A stretch of DNA of 64,000 nt from NCBI GenBank assembly GCA_030704615.1, contig CM060732.1, positions 6,572,001 to 6,636,000 on the forward strand. Reading direction: 5' to 3'. This document shows positions 50,101 through 63,998 of the stretch, one piece after another. Under the pieces are notes generated by a model. That model was not told where the DNA came from and searched no databases. It worked only from the letters and a program-made list of their open reading frames with translations. Positions within the stretch are counted from its first letter, which is position 1; every line of letters starts with the position of its first letter. The position numbers and the translations under genes were made by a program. This DNA comes from Takakia lepidozioides (Eukaryota; Plantae; Bryophyta).

Positions 50101-53100
50101 GTGACCTATTGGAGTTGACATCAATTAAAACAGGAACCCTAGCCTTGACACACAGAATATTAGACAAGTTTTGAGGTTTGTAACTGCCTATTAGTAATCA
50201 CAAAGAGAATACAGGGTAAAGCATACCTGTCCTTTGTAGAAACTGGGTTTCAGTTTCAGCTTATTTTGGAGAAAAACTGAGTTTCTAGTCACGAAGTTAA
50301 AATGTTTTCAACTCAAGAAAGCACTAAACATAGGGCAATGTGATGCCATATTCAACCTCAGAATCGGACCCAAGGAGGGCCACAGCTTTCTTCATTGTCT
50401 CAAATCTTGACACTAAGCTAACAGAGGTCTAGTGACAGATAAGAGAACTCTATAACGTCCACAGGGAGACCAAGAGTTCCAGGACAAGGGTATGTAACAA
50501 ACGAAGTCAAAAGAAAAGAAAAGAGCAGGTCTGAGGAAAAAACAAACAAACAAACAAGTTCTTTCCATGGCAGACCCAATGGGCCCAAGGGACACTAACT
50601 AGTGTGAAGGGGGAGAGAGAGAAGGCAAGTAGCAAGAGTAAGAGCAGACACCTGATACATAGGACAGGAGGCTGAGATCACGCAGCCACACTGTCGGCAG
50701 CACAAAGAGCGCTGTGAGAACTGCAAAAACGGTGCTGGAGCTGATATTGATGCCTGCCACATCAATGTGGACACCTGGAAAGAGTGCTGACAGGTTGTCC
50801 CCTTCCAGGATTAAGAACTCCACACAGCAGGCCTGCATTTCATACCAAGTCCAATTACACATATCAATCACTGAGAATCCGAGGCTGGTTGCAACCACTG
50901 TAGAAAAGTGATACTGTTCGTTTATGGTCTTGAGACACAGCTTCCAGACCATCCATCTTGATGCACTTAAGCAAGACCACATTTCCATTTGAAGCATATG
51001 ACTCCTTGCGTTCTGATGCATTAGGTTACCGCACCCTTCTCAATCAGATATATGCTAGCTGTGCTAAACAAATGAAGTCCATGGCACTTACATAAAGCTC
51101 GGTGTAAAGGATAATCTGCACATCACACACCACAAGAATTGCCAATAAATAGTGCATCAGGGACAGCAGGAAAATCCCCTATTGATCTATACGTCCAACC
51201 AAGAGACTTTGAACACTCCCATGTATCAATAAAGCATTCATAAACATTCAAAACAACCTAGCTGTCAGAGGCCAATTTTGAGGTTCCTCGACCAACTATG
51301 GTTAACCTGTCGTCTGGATTAGCATCAACCAGGATTATTCCATCTGAGATCTTCTGAAGAAGTTGCAGGAGAATTTAGATGGCCATTCTAAGAACCTAGC
51401 TATCCACAACGACCATAATTTATTCTGGTCACAGATCCCTTGGTAAGAGGATAATTTACTCTTTCTTTCCCCATTTTAGAGCCCTGGCAGGGCCTACTTG
51501 TTCACTTCCACTGACATGCTTGTGCTTCTTCCCTGATGTCATTTGCTAGTGAGTGTCTTTGAGAGTACTTACAGATATGACAAGACGCCCAATATTACCA
51601 AAGGCAGCCTGACCGATATCAGGGTAAGTCTCCAGGCCTGGCGCACTATCTAAGCAACGCCTCAGGAGGATGCCAGTGTAGCAGCATATGAGTGATAGCA
51701 TGAACAGAAATACCAGCCCGATCCAGCCCCCTTCCTTCAAGGCATAGGGTGTCGATAGCACCCCCACCCCTGCCAGCACGTTCATCCCTGCCATGCATCC
51801 AATCCTCAAAAAGGCTGCATCAGACTCATCATTCTACTTCTTCCTTATGCCGTGAATGACTTCTAAAGTAAATTAGATAAACGATGTGTGGTACTCTCTC
51901 CATTCGTTTCCGACAACATTTTTTTATCAAGCAGATAGTGCCCTGGCGTAACCCGATGCAGTTTCAAAGCTTAATAATTTGGTTGATTGTGTCAATCTCT
52001 GGTCTGTGCAGTTGGGCTGAAGTGAAGATGCTGTAGTCCCAGGCTAAACAATCCACCAGGCGCGAGTCTTTCTTTCCTGATGTTAAGAGAATCTGATGGC
52101 ATTCACAACTGGCTGAACTTTTTCTGAGAGAGCAGGCTGCTCTGCAAGATACCAGTTGCTTTTGCTTTCCTTGGTGAATGCATTTTCCATATCACCTAGT
52201 CACAAATTCCTCTCCTCACTGAATTACCACACTGCACTACATTTCATGCAACCAGCACCTGTGCACCTTCTAAACAGCTTAGTCCTTCCTTTCCCTTAAG
52301 GCAAGCGGTCACTGCAGGGTTGCAGGCAATTCATGGACCTATTTGCAGATCATTTCCTGATCATTTTCTGGTTGAATGTTTTACCATGAATTCCTCTTCA
52401 CAACATCCCTGTCTACATTCTCTTGGGTGTGAACAACACTAAATATGAAGAGTTAGGGTTTCCATACCATTAAGAAGCGCTTGTAAGAAACTGCTCCCCT
52501 GCTGAGAAACAGGTATATTGTCAGAGTCAGCCTCTACTTTGGGGCATTCGTCAACCTTTTCTGATTGTGGAACGGGCTTTTTTACAGGCGGTTGCTGGTA
52601 CACTTCACATTCTCCCCTCTCCAGCTTCCCTGGAAGAAATGGAATACGGAGTGGCTCTGATGCTGAGATATAGCCTGTCTCTGGTGAATGAACCACAAGC
52701 TTTGGGAATGATGTGCGCAAGTAGGAATGACCAAGCTGGTTAAGGCTTGGGCTGAATAGACTGAGGTTGGGAGATGCCATGGTGTACAAGTCCATTGACT
52801 GCCTGCAAAATTCCAACCCCCGAGGAACTACAAGTCATGAACTGTGACGATTGCAATTTCAGCTATCGTACAAGCACCTTGGTGGGCTGCTTGGGCCAGT
52901 AACCTTAGAACCATAACCACACAGGCACCCAGCTGATGACAGGTAAATGAAGTGCAGATGTTAGCAGAATAATTTTCATATTTCATTATTTAGGGGTGTC
53001 CTTCCCCAGCCTCGCTAACGTTGCAATGGTAGGTGAAGATGAACGTGTGCCTTTAAGCTGACAACTCCTTTACCCTTTTTAGTAGTCTTGATTTTGAGTT

Positions 53101-54142
53101 CTGACCAGCTGACTGTCATGCAATGGCCATGTCCCTCTTAATTCTTTTAATAGACACTGTCAGAATTTTCCCAGGGGAAATTTGGCCAGATAGTTCGTAA
53201 TGGGAACTATCGGGATATCTGGCCTTAAGGTCCCGATAGTTCCTTAAGGCCAGATAGTTCCTTGTAGCAATTCAACTACGCAAATGTGGCTATGAGTACC
53301 CGTAGGAGGACCAGGTCGAGCAGAGAAAACAATAGTCTCAAGAGCAAGGAAGGGAGGAACTGACACATGCATGTGCAGAGAAGGGGTTGAAGGGGGTGGC
53401 CCGGGTAAGAACGTAAGATCCAAAGTATGGAAATCCTTCAAGATACAAGCCTCACAAAAGAAACTAAAGAGGGTGCAGACCTGTTAAGGCGAAGAATTTG
53501 AAAGATACAAGCATGTTTTGCAAGTCTATTCTTGGTTTCATTGGATAGACAGTCAGCTGTATCTGTTAGATCGGGAATCGGGGTATCCCATCATATTCAG
53601 ACGCAAATTCTGTACGTAGATAAACAAAACCCAGGGGCAGATTACCTGTCTGCGCACTTCTTGTCATACTTAGACAAACCAAGTTTCACATGGCACCCGT
53701 AGCCCTTACATTTAACAAGATCACCGAAAACGAAGACCACTGTGCGTGTGGGGCTTCAGTTTCAAGTAGCACGCATCCACAGACTGAGCTACATATGCTA
53801 TCAGACCCGCCATGAGAGATAGGAAGGCTCATCCTGCGAGATTTTACATTGGCTGTAAACACACAAGGAATTGCATAACTTCATCACCACCGTTCCATTT
53901 CGTTCAAGTGGAAGAAAGGGAGCCATAACTGCACAAGAGTTCACTCACAAACACACCGCTCATCCGCTCATCCGCTCAAAATTCCAAACTTTTGGGTGAT
54001 TCAAGGCGAAAGATTAGCACCGGTAGCTTTGAGGCCATGCGGAAGGCAGAGACGCCCGCGGCGACGGCGGGTTCGATTCCTGCTCCTCATCGTCGTCTCC
54101 CCCGTACTCGTCGTCACTGGCCACATAATACTGCTGCGGCAT
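47116..54142 (-). CDS. AVT1: Vacuolar amino-acid transporter, AVT1 type (AAAP/Aa_trans family), 12 exons, ~541 aa
   Basis: Exons 54021-54142, 52468-52802, 51573-51787, 51092-51115, 50652-50832, 49843-50062, 49199-49334, 49021-49040, 48273-48424, 48021-48064, 47587-47649, 47116-47229 join in frame (1626 nt). Motifs WPQSYRQSMD, NGMNVLAGVGVLSTPYA, TYPDIGQAAFG, GFCYSGHAVFPNIY, NPFTKYAL. Confidence 0.93.
48425..49020 (-). other. U12-type AT-AC intron (596 nt) in AVT1
   Basis: 5' site ATATCCTTT, branch site TCCTTAAC (plus 48441-48448), 3' end CAC. Splicing restores FTK|YAL in frame. Confidence 0.93.
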
Positions 54143-54754
54143 TGGATCCCCGCCCAGCTACCTCGTTCACAAACTAAAAAACCGAGAGAGAGAGAACCAA
54201 TTTGCAAAATGCCGGGCTGCACAGTCAGGGAGAGGAAAGAAACGAGACTCTCCAAGGTTGGTAATGAGGGAACGATAGAGTAGAGATCTCACCACTCAGC
54301 ATCAAGAGATCCCCTAAGATAGAGACATTGAGAACCCAGAAAACACTGTCAATTTGAACAAAGAACGAAGAACTGTCAAATTTCCGTATGTCTCGGAGAG
54401 TGTACAGTCGGTGTGTGTCTATATTTGGGAGATCTCCAATTCCGGCTTTTTTTCCGCTTGTAGCGATGTGTGGGTCTTATAGAGAATAGAGCAAGAGAGA
54501 GCAAGAGAGGGATGTGGGGATAGAAAGGCAGTAGGCTATCTCTGAAGCAACCAAAGAGAGAGGCAAAGGCAGCGCCGGCAGATGCGGCGAGCGCTGTATC
54601 CTGTACATCCATGGATGTCGAACCACTATCCTCGTTTCTCATTCATCAGCTCATTCACCCACATCACCGGTTCAATACCGGCGAAACGATGGCGGCGACC
54701 AGTCGCCGCGATCCAGGTGACCGGAACAACTGGTACCAGGCCGGATGGTATGAT

Positions 54755-54785
<31 letters not shown>

Positions 54786-55074
54786 AATTTATATCCGTGA
54801 AACATTTGCCGTAACATGGATAATAAGTAAATGGGAGTTAATATTATTCCAGCTCCCCCCTTGCAGGGCGGGGCGTGGGACATGGACATCCATGCACGTG
54901 GGCGCTACCAATGTTCAATGCACCTTGCCTGTCTCCTCTCTCATGCTATGCCGCCATCTTAGGTTCCATTCTTGTAACACGACTTACTTCCATGTTTTCA
55001 TTCTTTATTAAATTGACAGTCATTCTATTAGTGCCCAATATTTCAGTATTTGTGTTATTTAATTAAATACTATG

Positions 55075-56075
55075 GTAGCCTGGGCCGTTGGCCCAAGTGT
55101 CCAGTGTCATCTAAGCCCAAGCGTAAGATCTCCTATGTCGAGGCCGAAGCGCAACCTCTAGCCTGTGCCTTTGGCCCATGTCCAAACAATTGAAATCTAA
55201 GACCAAGTGCAATTCCATATGTATCCGAGTGCGACCTCTAGGGTAGCCTGTGCCTTTGGCCCATGTGTGAAGAATTGAAATCTAAGACCAAGTGCAATTT
55301 CCTATGTATCCTAGTGCATCTCGTATGTCGAGGCCCAAGCGCAATCTTCTATGTATCCAAGTGCATCTCCCATGCAGAGAGGTTGGGTAGCCAGCGGGCG
55401 TAAGCACAAAGGCATATTTCAAATATTCCAAAATATTTTGGAGAATATGCATTTGCGAAACCAAAATGCGCTCACGCGGTAAGAAATACAAAACTATCTG
55501 AAAACCGTGCTCACGCGAAAAAAAAAATCATGAAATTAATCGTCCAAAGCTTAACTCGCATGAGCACAAAGACCCACATATAGATCTGCCAGAACTCAAA
55601 GATCAGCGCACGTAAACAATGTGGCAAGCACCACCCAAAAAGGGTTTCATAAGCGAAATGCAAACGATTTTTTTGTCAGTGAAACTTGGATTTTTGCCAG
55701 CGAACTTGGTTTCGTCAGCAAATTGGGGTTTGGTTTTTGTTTTGTTTTTTTTTAAGGTTTCTCCCTTTCAAGCTCCTTCTATATGTTTATCATTATATTT
55801 AGACACCATGGGGACCCTATTAACGCAGAAAGACCTTATGTCCGTCTATTATATGTATTTTCGTTGATATACATATCACCCCTATAACCGTGGATCTTGC
55901 TCACGCAATACCAACCCCCCATGTAGAGGCCCAAGTGTCCCCTGTCATCTAAGCCCAAGTGCACTCTCCCATGTATCCAAGGGCATCTCCCATGTGCGTC
56001 TCCTATGTCAAGGCCCATCTAAGCCCACTATGCAATCTCCTATATATCCAAGTATGTCTCCCATGTCAAGGCCCG
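55075..56075. repeat. Two clusters of short degenerate repeats (CCAAGTGCATCTCCCATGT-like)
   Basis: 55075-55380 and 55920-56075 share GGCCCAAGTGTCC...TCATCTAAGCCCAAG. Confidence 0.55.
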
Positions 56076-58019
56076 ATTTATTTTTTTCCATGGATATACT
56101 GAATAGTAATATATCCAATCATTATTGATATATCTCCTATCGAGGCTCCAATCATCAATATATGTTCAAAGCGAGACGTTTGTTTTGTTTTGTTTTGTCA
56201 CGTTGAGATGTCCCCAACTAGCTTTTACATATTGACAGTTGGGATTGGCCCAAGTGTCAATCCAAGGGTCAAGGCAGATTTAGGCCCTGGAGTGGTTATC
56301 TTCACGGCAAGCGCGGGAGGTTCATCTTTCTCGAGTTGAGCCTCACCGTGCCTAGCTATGGCACCGTAGTGTAGATTCCCCATGGCGTGGGGTGCACTTG
56401 GCTTGACTTGTATTTGAGTGATGAGGTTATATATGCATGAGTTTATGCTTCAACTTTGTGAGCTCGTGCTTCTATTCTTCTTCGTTATCACTCGAGAAAA
56501 ATGAGCTCGTATCTGTGAGTGCCAGATACGAGTTAGTTGTAGCACTTGTGGTTTTTGCTTGAGAATGAGATAAACTAGTTGTTATGTAAGGAGGGCCGTG
56601 GAGCTCTTGGTTGTTAGAAGCGGAGGCGATGTGGGTTACGAGGTGGTAGACCTTGGCATTCGAGCTTCAGAGATGACAACACCATGCTGCAGGTAATTCC
56701 AGAGCACCTTGATGGTTTCAGATTGTGTACATGCATGAGCAAGCACGATTGGGAAGAGGACAAGTCAAGAGCATGTTAGAGTGGCTTTGGTGGCAAAGCT
56801 GAGAACTGGACTTGGGAATGCGAGCTTTCATTGTGTGAAGGATTGCAAGACCAAGCGAAAGGGCTGATTTGGCTTGGGGCAAATCAGTGCACTTTGTGGA
56901 GTATGTTGAGATTGGTTTTCAATCTCGAGCTTCAGCATTGAGAGGGCTCTTGTCATGGCAAGAGCAGGGCTGAAACAGGAGCTAAGAGGTGCGGCAAGGC
57001 CATGGAATGTGCACCTAGGGTTTCAGAGCTTGGAAAAAGAGCTCTTGCACCACAAGATGAGTGTCTTGTGGCTGGAAATGTAAGCCTTAGGGTTTCAAAA
57101 GCTTGGCAAAGGTTGTGGAGTGCTTAGTCTTGTCTTAGAGAGCATCAGGGAGCCAAGGCGCCAAGATAGGGGGCTGATACCTCTTGTGTGAAGGGGTTGC
57201 ATGTGTGGAGCATATATTCAGCTGATTGAAGCTTCCATCTTCAAGCTTGGAGGACAAGCAAGGAAGAGGGAAGGGTTGACTTCCCTTATGTGAGGGCAAT
57301 GCATGTGTGGAGCATGCTTTCAGCCTGTTGAAGGCTTGTGCTTTCAGGTTTGGGAGTGCAAGAAATGAATGAAGGGGATGGTTTCCCTGTAGGGCATGTG
57401 TGGAGCATGCTTTCAGCCCGTTGAAGCTTGTATTTTCAGGTTTGTGGGAGAAATGAAGCAAAGGGGCTGATTCTCTTATGGTGAGAGTGGGGCATGTGTG
57501 GAGCATGCCTTCAGCCCATTGAGGCTCTTGTTTTCAAGCTTTAGAGAGCTAGAATGGAAGGGCTAGGGCTGGTTCCCACTTGGGTGAAAGAAAAGCACTT
57601 GTAGGGCATATGTGAGGTGGGGTTTCAACCTCAAGCCTAGATAGAGCATGGCTCTTGAAGTGGCAGGTGTAGGGGGCTGGAATAGGCTCTAAGACAGATG
57701 CTATGGCCAAGGAAAATGCTTGAATGAGTGCTCACAAGGGCTGGAAACCAGCAAGGCTTGGTTGTTTGCCATTGAGTTTAGTGGTGTGTTTGGGAAGTCT
57801 AAGTGAGAAAGAAGACTTGGTTTGTGGCAACCATCTTCCTCATGGCTTAGGGCTACTATTGGTGGTGTGTGGGAGCCGAAAGAGCAAGAATACCTTGCTG
57901 GTTTCTTCATAGCCACCATAGCTCGGTGCAAAGAAGCCTAGAGTCCAAGAGACACAAACCCTAGCTTGGCGTGGCTAAACCCTTGGAGAAATGGCTAAAC
58001 TGCCATGAGTGGCCATGGA

Positions 58020-58430
58020 TGGGGCTGTGTCGGGCTGTGATGGGCTGTGAGGGGCTATGACAGGCCGTGGCGGGCTGTGACAGGCTATGCCCTGTGGCCT
58101 ATGATGGGCTGTGGCCTTTGGGGCTGTGACCCCTGTGACCTGTGACAGGCTATGAGGGGCTATGACAGGCTGTGCCCTGTGGGCTGTGACAGGCTGTGCC
58201 CTTTGGCCTATGGGGTTGTGAGGGGCTGTGAGGGGCTGTGACAGGTTGTGCCCTGTGGCCTGTGGGGCTGTGAGGGGCTGTGAGGGGCTGTGACCCCTGT
58301 GACCTATGTAGGGCTGTGATAGGCTGTGGCCTTGATGGGGCTGTGACAGGCTGTGACGGCTGTGACCAGTGATCTGTGTGGGCCTGTGCTGGTCTGTGGT
58401 GGCCCGTGTTGACCTGTGGATGGCCTGTGT
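58020..58430 (+). repeat. GGCTGTGA-type degenerate minisatellite in the element-4 leader
   Basis: More than 30 variants of GGCTGTGA/GGCTATGA. Confidence 0.85.
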
Positions 58431-59171
58431 TGACTCGTGGAGGCACTGGTGGACTGCCTAAGGACTGGCATGTGGTCTTGAAGGCCAAATTTTGAAGCTC
58501 GTGGAGGGCGGTTTGAGGAGTATCTTCATGATATTCCCATGGTCATGCAAGTGAGGGAAGAGATGAGAAAAAGAGTGTTGGGATGAGGGCATGCTGGGGT
58601 TAGGCATTGCTTTAGCTTCTCTTCCTCGTAGTTTTTCACCCTCTCATTAGGCCAAGACCTTTCCGTAGGTGGAGGCAAGAGTCAGTCCGGGTTTGGGCTG
58701 GGGTGTCCTTGCAGAAGCAACACCATGGAGTTATTTTTGGTGTGGGGGAGTTGTCGTTATGATTTCTTGTGTTTGGATCCCCTCCATACCTGCATGCTTG
58801 ACTGTGCGCCATGTTAGTTTTGTGTGGGCGCTTGTTTTTATAGGTGATTGGTCCGGATTTGATCACCGGCCAATCCTAAAGCATGCTGTCAATGGTGAGG
58901 TTGGGGTGATGACCAGTCGGACCATCATTGTTTCTCCTGTGGTGAGGTTGGAGGTGATGACCAGCCAACCATATGAGTGTTTGCAGTGGATGCACGTGCA
59001 GGTGTAGGCTATGTTAGGAACCTAGTATTCCAAATCATAAGCCGCAACAGGTTCTCTACCCGGTTACCTTGTGGAGAGGAGGTTAGGGACATGTTTATGA
59101 CCGGTTGAGTGACAGTTTGTCAACACGGAGGTGCCACTAGTTGATGGGGACAGTGCCGGTTCGAGCACTAG

Positions 59172-61812
59172 TGTAGTGTGAAAAGAAGTGGGCATAAATC
59201 CCCTTCTGTGTAATTCTAACTGTACTTCTTCCAGTAAAAAGAACAACCTAGCAATCTACCAGCGGCACACGGTTATGGGTTTCCCTCCTATCGTTCATGA
59301 TTAGAGTTCATAAATCCTCATCCACACCGCAACGAAAGAGAAAACATGGATGGGGATTGAATCCTTCTTGTTCATGATTTACACAATCTTTATACAATTG
59401 CAGCACCAATGGTGCTGCTGTGATATTTTCAGTGATACAACCAGCCCTATGACGGAGCTAAATGCGACCCATGTGGGCATCACCCTTGAGCAACACACGT
59501 CGAAACCCCTTTTGTAATGAGATCACTGATAAGAGGAAGGCAACTCAGATCTGCCATGAATTACAGGCCTAGTGATTCTCTGCAGATGTCATGGTTTTTC
59601 CTCTATCTCCCAGTTGACCATCCCTCATGACCCCTTTTACTGAGCAGCTCTTTCCCTTCCCAAACCTTTTCTCTCTCCTTCCTGCTGTAAAATTCCCTGG
59701 CTCATTTTCTTCCAACCAGCAGCCTATCTACATGCAATGCAAACACATTCAGCCATGTATCCAGTGAATCCAGCCTTGGAATCAAACCTTGGTCACACAA
59801 GACATGATCAGCTCTTCCATCAGTCTTTCTCTTACCCAAAACAGACCCTTCACACTGTTTGCCTCCAGGGGGACCCAGTTTGTCAGTCAGTTCCCAACCC
59901 TTCTACAGATCTGCATCTAAACATCCCAACAGCTCACTTTTGCCCTTTCAGATTTGAACCACAGAGTTCAAATGCTGAGTCCACTCTGAACCAGTTCTAA
60001 ACTCCACATCAATGTCAGTTTGCAGCCCCATCCACCTCTTCCTCTTTCTGATTTCAAAGAGGTTACAGCTAACCCTCACTAGTGCTCACATCAACTACAC
60101 TGGATTGCATTACATCTAATCATCAAAATCCTAGAGCCGCATTGTATGCAAATTCATGATACTGAAGCCAAAGGAACAAAAACAAAACAAATAGCAAGCA
60201 TTCTGTCACTGTGGGTGAACTACATCTGCCCTCAATCAACACTCCTACAGACATGTGCATCAGATCCATTCATCTCCACCCCATCCTGGTTTGAAGTCCA
60301 GAGTCCCCATTCCATTTCTCAAAGTCTTTTTCTTGTCCTCATCATGCTCTCAGTTTGAGAGTCTCTACCAAAATTTTACAACAATGATTCCTAAGTGCCA
60401 AAAAGAAGAAGCCTAATGTCAACGAACTTATTTGTCTTATACTCCAGATAAAGCGGTGGGCTTGCCTGCCCAAAATGACACCTCACCATCTCCGTCAGCA
60501 GCTACCTTAACTCCTCCTGTCATCTGGATTTGACGATTCCAGCGTTCATTAAGTCATGACGGCCCTGCTTCAGCCTATGGCAACCCCTTGTAGCTTGCCA
60601 ACTAACTACCCTACCTCACTATCTAAGCAAATCTACCCTAAGATCTGATATGATCTTACAACAAGAAGACAGTGATCATCTGAAAGCTTCCTACATCTGT
60701 ACATTCCACTCGTTACCTCCTTATTTGCAGATAACCTGAGTCACCATCCACAAGCCAATCCCTCATTCGCTTTGGCAGATGCTCGTTATGTCGAGCTGCT
60801 CTTCACCCTAACTCTCCATTGATTGTGCCAGCAACCCCACCTCCCTGTTCTTTGGCAGCTGGCCGTTTCCCTTGCATGCTCATCCTCCCATGATCATGTT
60901 CATCAAGGCAATGGCGGCTCTAGTGGTTGCACAAGATTAGTGATAGCACCGCCTCCCTTCACCTGGCTTGAGCATAACTCTTCCAAGTTGTTCCCTGCAC
61001 GATTATCCTCCAGCAAGCCCTAAACTACTCATTCACCATAGCGGCGACTGCACCACCTGTTAACTGATTGCTCCATCGCATGCCACACCGATCTTTCTAT
61101 AAGCATATCCTCCAGAAATTGATCATTACCAAGAAGATGGCGGCACCACTTCCCCTGCTGCACAGATTACCAAGCTGTGCCCTTATGCTCTACATTAACA
61201 CTTCTCTTAATGCAAGCCAGAATGCCCCAGTGTAGATGTAATCGCCCTTGACACAATGCCCTGCCAATTCCACTGTTCGCAGCATCTGCTCAGAGCCCCC
61301 GTCGTCTTCCCCTTCGTCTTCCTCGTCCCGTGTTTCTAGGGTAATCACCAGTGATGAAAGTCATCCATTTTCACGAACGGAAAACGTGCTAGGTTTCATT
61401 AACATAGTTAATCACAAATTCATTGCATCCTTGGCACTGGATCCTTCGTCCTCGTTCCTGGGAATCATCCAGAGAGCATGGATGTAATCCATTCATCCTC
61501 CGGATGAAAATACGTCTGGTCACGACTTAGCCATTTTCATCCTGGCAAAGTATCAGCATAGCGTGCCCATGAAATAACCTGTAGGCAGGGATAAATTCCG
61601 CCCATAGCATGTATGAAACAAATTGAGCATTTTTATCCTGGCCAAGAGCCCCCCATCGTTCCCATGATGTAACATAGAAACATGTATGGAATAAATTGCA
61701 GGGACAACTCAACCTATTTTCACATTGGTACCAGGGCCCTTCCTTTGTAGCAATGCAGAATCTCAGTGGGTAAAACAAAAATTTAATGTCACTCCCCTGC
61801 ATTTACACTACA
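59172..61812. mobile_element. 2641-bp non-coding insertion (solo LTR or non-autonomous element) in element-4 gag
   Basis: Ends TGTAGTGT...ACACTACA (8-bp perfect inverted repeat), flanked by CTAG at 59168-59171 and 61813-61816. Removing it restores colinearity with element 3 (19600-19630). Confidence 0.88.
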
Positions 61813-63998
61813 CTAGCGATACTAGTGGGTACACGAGACAAGGTGTGCGGTTTAGGCCACCTTCACCTCCTGTGTCTTCTACGGAAGGTTCTGATTCGGA
61901 TTGTGAATCAGGAGGACTCACACCGGCGGTGCAAGTTGTTTCCTTCCCATTGTTGTGGGACACAATGGAGGAGATGTATGGAGCTACCGAGGGGCCATGA
62001 AGGTACTCTGGGGCGGTGGGCACCATCGAGTTGGATGATTTTATCCAAGAGTTTGATAGTTGGTGTGATTTGCAGCAAATGCGCAATCCACAACTATTTA
62101 CGCATTTCATGGCATGGAAGGGGCTGTTTCAGCACCTTGAGGGGCCGCCTATGGATGATTACCATGAATTCAGGCGGGGGCATGAGGTTGAGATCAAGGA
62201 GTGGAGGATGTACTGGTCACCCGACTATGTCTCCATCACTAGGGGCACTAGAGCCACGAGGGCAATGGCTATACCTGCCATTGCACCGGCTGCTTCAACA
62301 AGCAGCAGTGGGACTAGTGGGACTGGTGGTACCGTAGCTACGACGTCCACCCAAGCCACTACCGCACTAGCACCAGTACCCGTGTCTGCCTTCAACCATG
62401 TTGTGGAGTTCTTCAAAGAGTTAAGAGGGAACTACCAAGGGGTGAGGACAGAGAAGTTGCGGAGCTTGCAAGAGTTCCAACGGAAGCCTACTAAGAGCTT
62501 GAGGGAGGCTTTCACTCGCATGAGGCGCTTGATAAATGTAACCCAAGGGGTTACGGAAGCTCAGGCAGTCCAATTCTGGTATGGGATATTGGACAAGGAG
62601 TTGAGGAGAAGGGTGCGGGATGCAACTCTCCTACAAGTGGCCCAACCCATTTTAGCAAATGTGTTTTTGCTGGCAGAGCGGATAGAGCTCAACATGGTGG
62701 AGGAACGAGTGGTCATGGTGGGATTTGCTAAGGAGACACCACGGGGTAGTGGTGCTCCTAGCCAACCACTATCTCAACATGCTCAACGCAACAAGGGGGT
62801 CCAGGTGAAGCCCAGGGAAGGACAGATAGGACCTCAGATGCAGGGGTCTCTCCCATCATTTGCAGGCCAACAATGGGCGGAGGTGGTGTGTTGGACATGT
62901 GGAGGATCCCATGTCAAGAAGGATTGCCCAAAGGGAGGCAAAGGGCTGGCATATGCACAGCCTGCACAGTTGCAGTGTGGGCATTGTGGCAAGCACGGGC
63001 ATGGAGAGGCCCAGTATTATGGTTTGCATCCTGAGTTGCGCCCAAACCAGTTCCAAGGGAACAATGGTAGCCGGGGGCGAGGTGGAGCAGCCCACAGAGG
63101 ACGAGGTGGCCAGACACGAGGTGCAGGCCAAGGGCAAGCTCAACATGGCCAAGGACGCGGAGGTCAGGGTGTTGACCAAGGCATGGCCAACCGGCTTCAG
63201 CAGCTAGAGCAAAGGCTCGCTGCCATGGCTACAGCTCAGGTGGTACCGGCTCCAAGGCCGGATGGTCCACCTCCTGCTCCTGAGGGAGGAGATATGGGAG
63301 GCATGGGATTCATGTGCGGAGCAGCACTACCACTAGTGCAGGTGGAGTCTGCTGCAGCCGTGACCCAATGAGCAGCACGAGTTCCTAAGCCACGAGGTGC
63401 AGAGGTGGAGTTGGATCCACAACGTGGGGAGGCAAGCCGTCAGGCTAGGCTTCCTCAGTCATTCACATTGGCGGAGACATTGTCGATGTCATCCATGGCA
63501 CCTAGTTCTCGCCCGACTGTTACTGAGGCGGAGGTTACTATGTCATTGGGGAGAGCTACACGGGCAGCATCACTACCTAGTGTTGCCAAGGCTATGGCAG
63601 CTAGTGTGCTACTGGGAGCGGCCACATCTGTGTGTCAGGCTCCATTGTTCTCGGCTACCATGATTGCGACGCCGGGGGTAAGACCAACTGAGGTGTTCAG
63701 GCTGGCAGCTACACTCTGTGAGAGTGGGAAGGTTACTTCATCTTCTGCGGAGATAGTGGGAGGTGTAGTGCCGGAGGGATCCTCGGATTTGAGGGTCAAG
63801 ACTGCCACGGCGGCGCCATGGCAAGCTGCAGCTGCCAGGTTGATGGAGCTGCCAGCTAGGCCAGCCATTGAGCGCGTCATGGTGACACCTGGAGTTGTCA
63901 TGTTAGACAACCAGGATGGCATTTTATGTTTGAGTGGACATTCAGACAAGAGGTACTGGCACTGCGGGTCTTATTGGACTCGGGAGCTCAGCTATTGA
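61813..63998 (+). pseudogene. Gag and start of protease of element 4
   Basis: ORFs 62016..63371 and 63405..63998: ELDDFIQEFDSWC, CWTCGGSHVKKDC, CGHCGKHGH, VLLDSGAQ at the window end. Confidence 0.9.
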
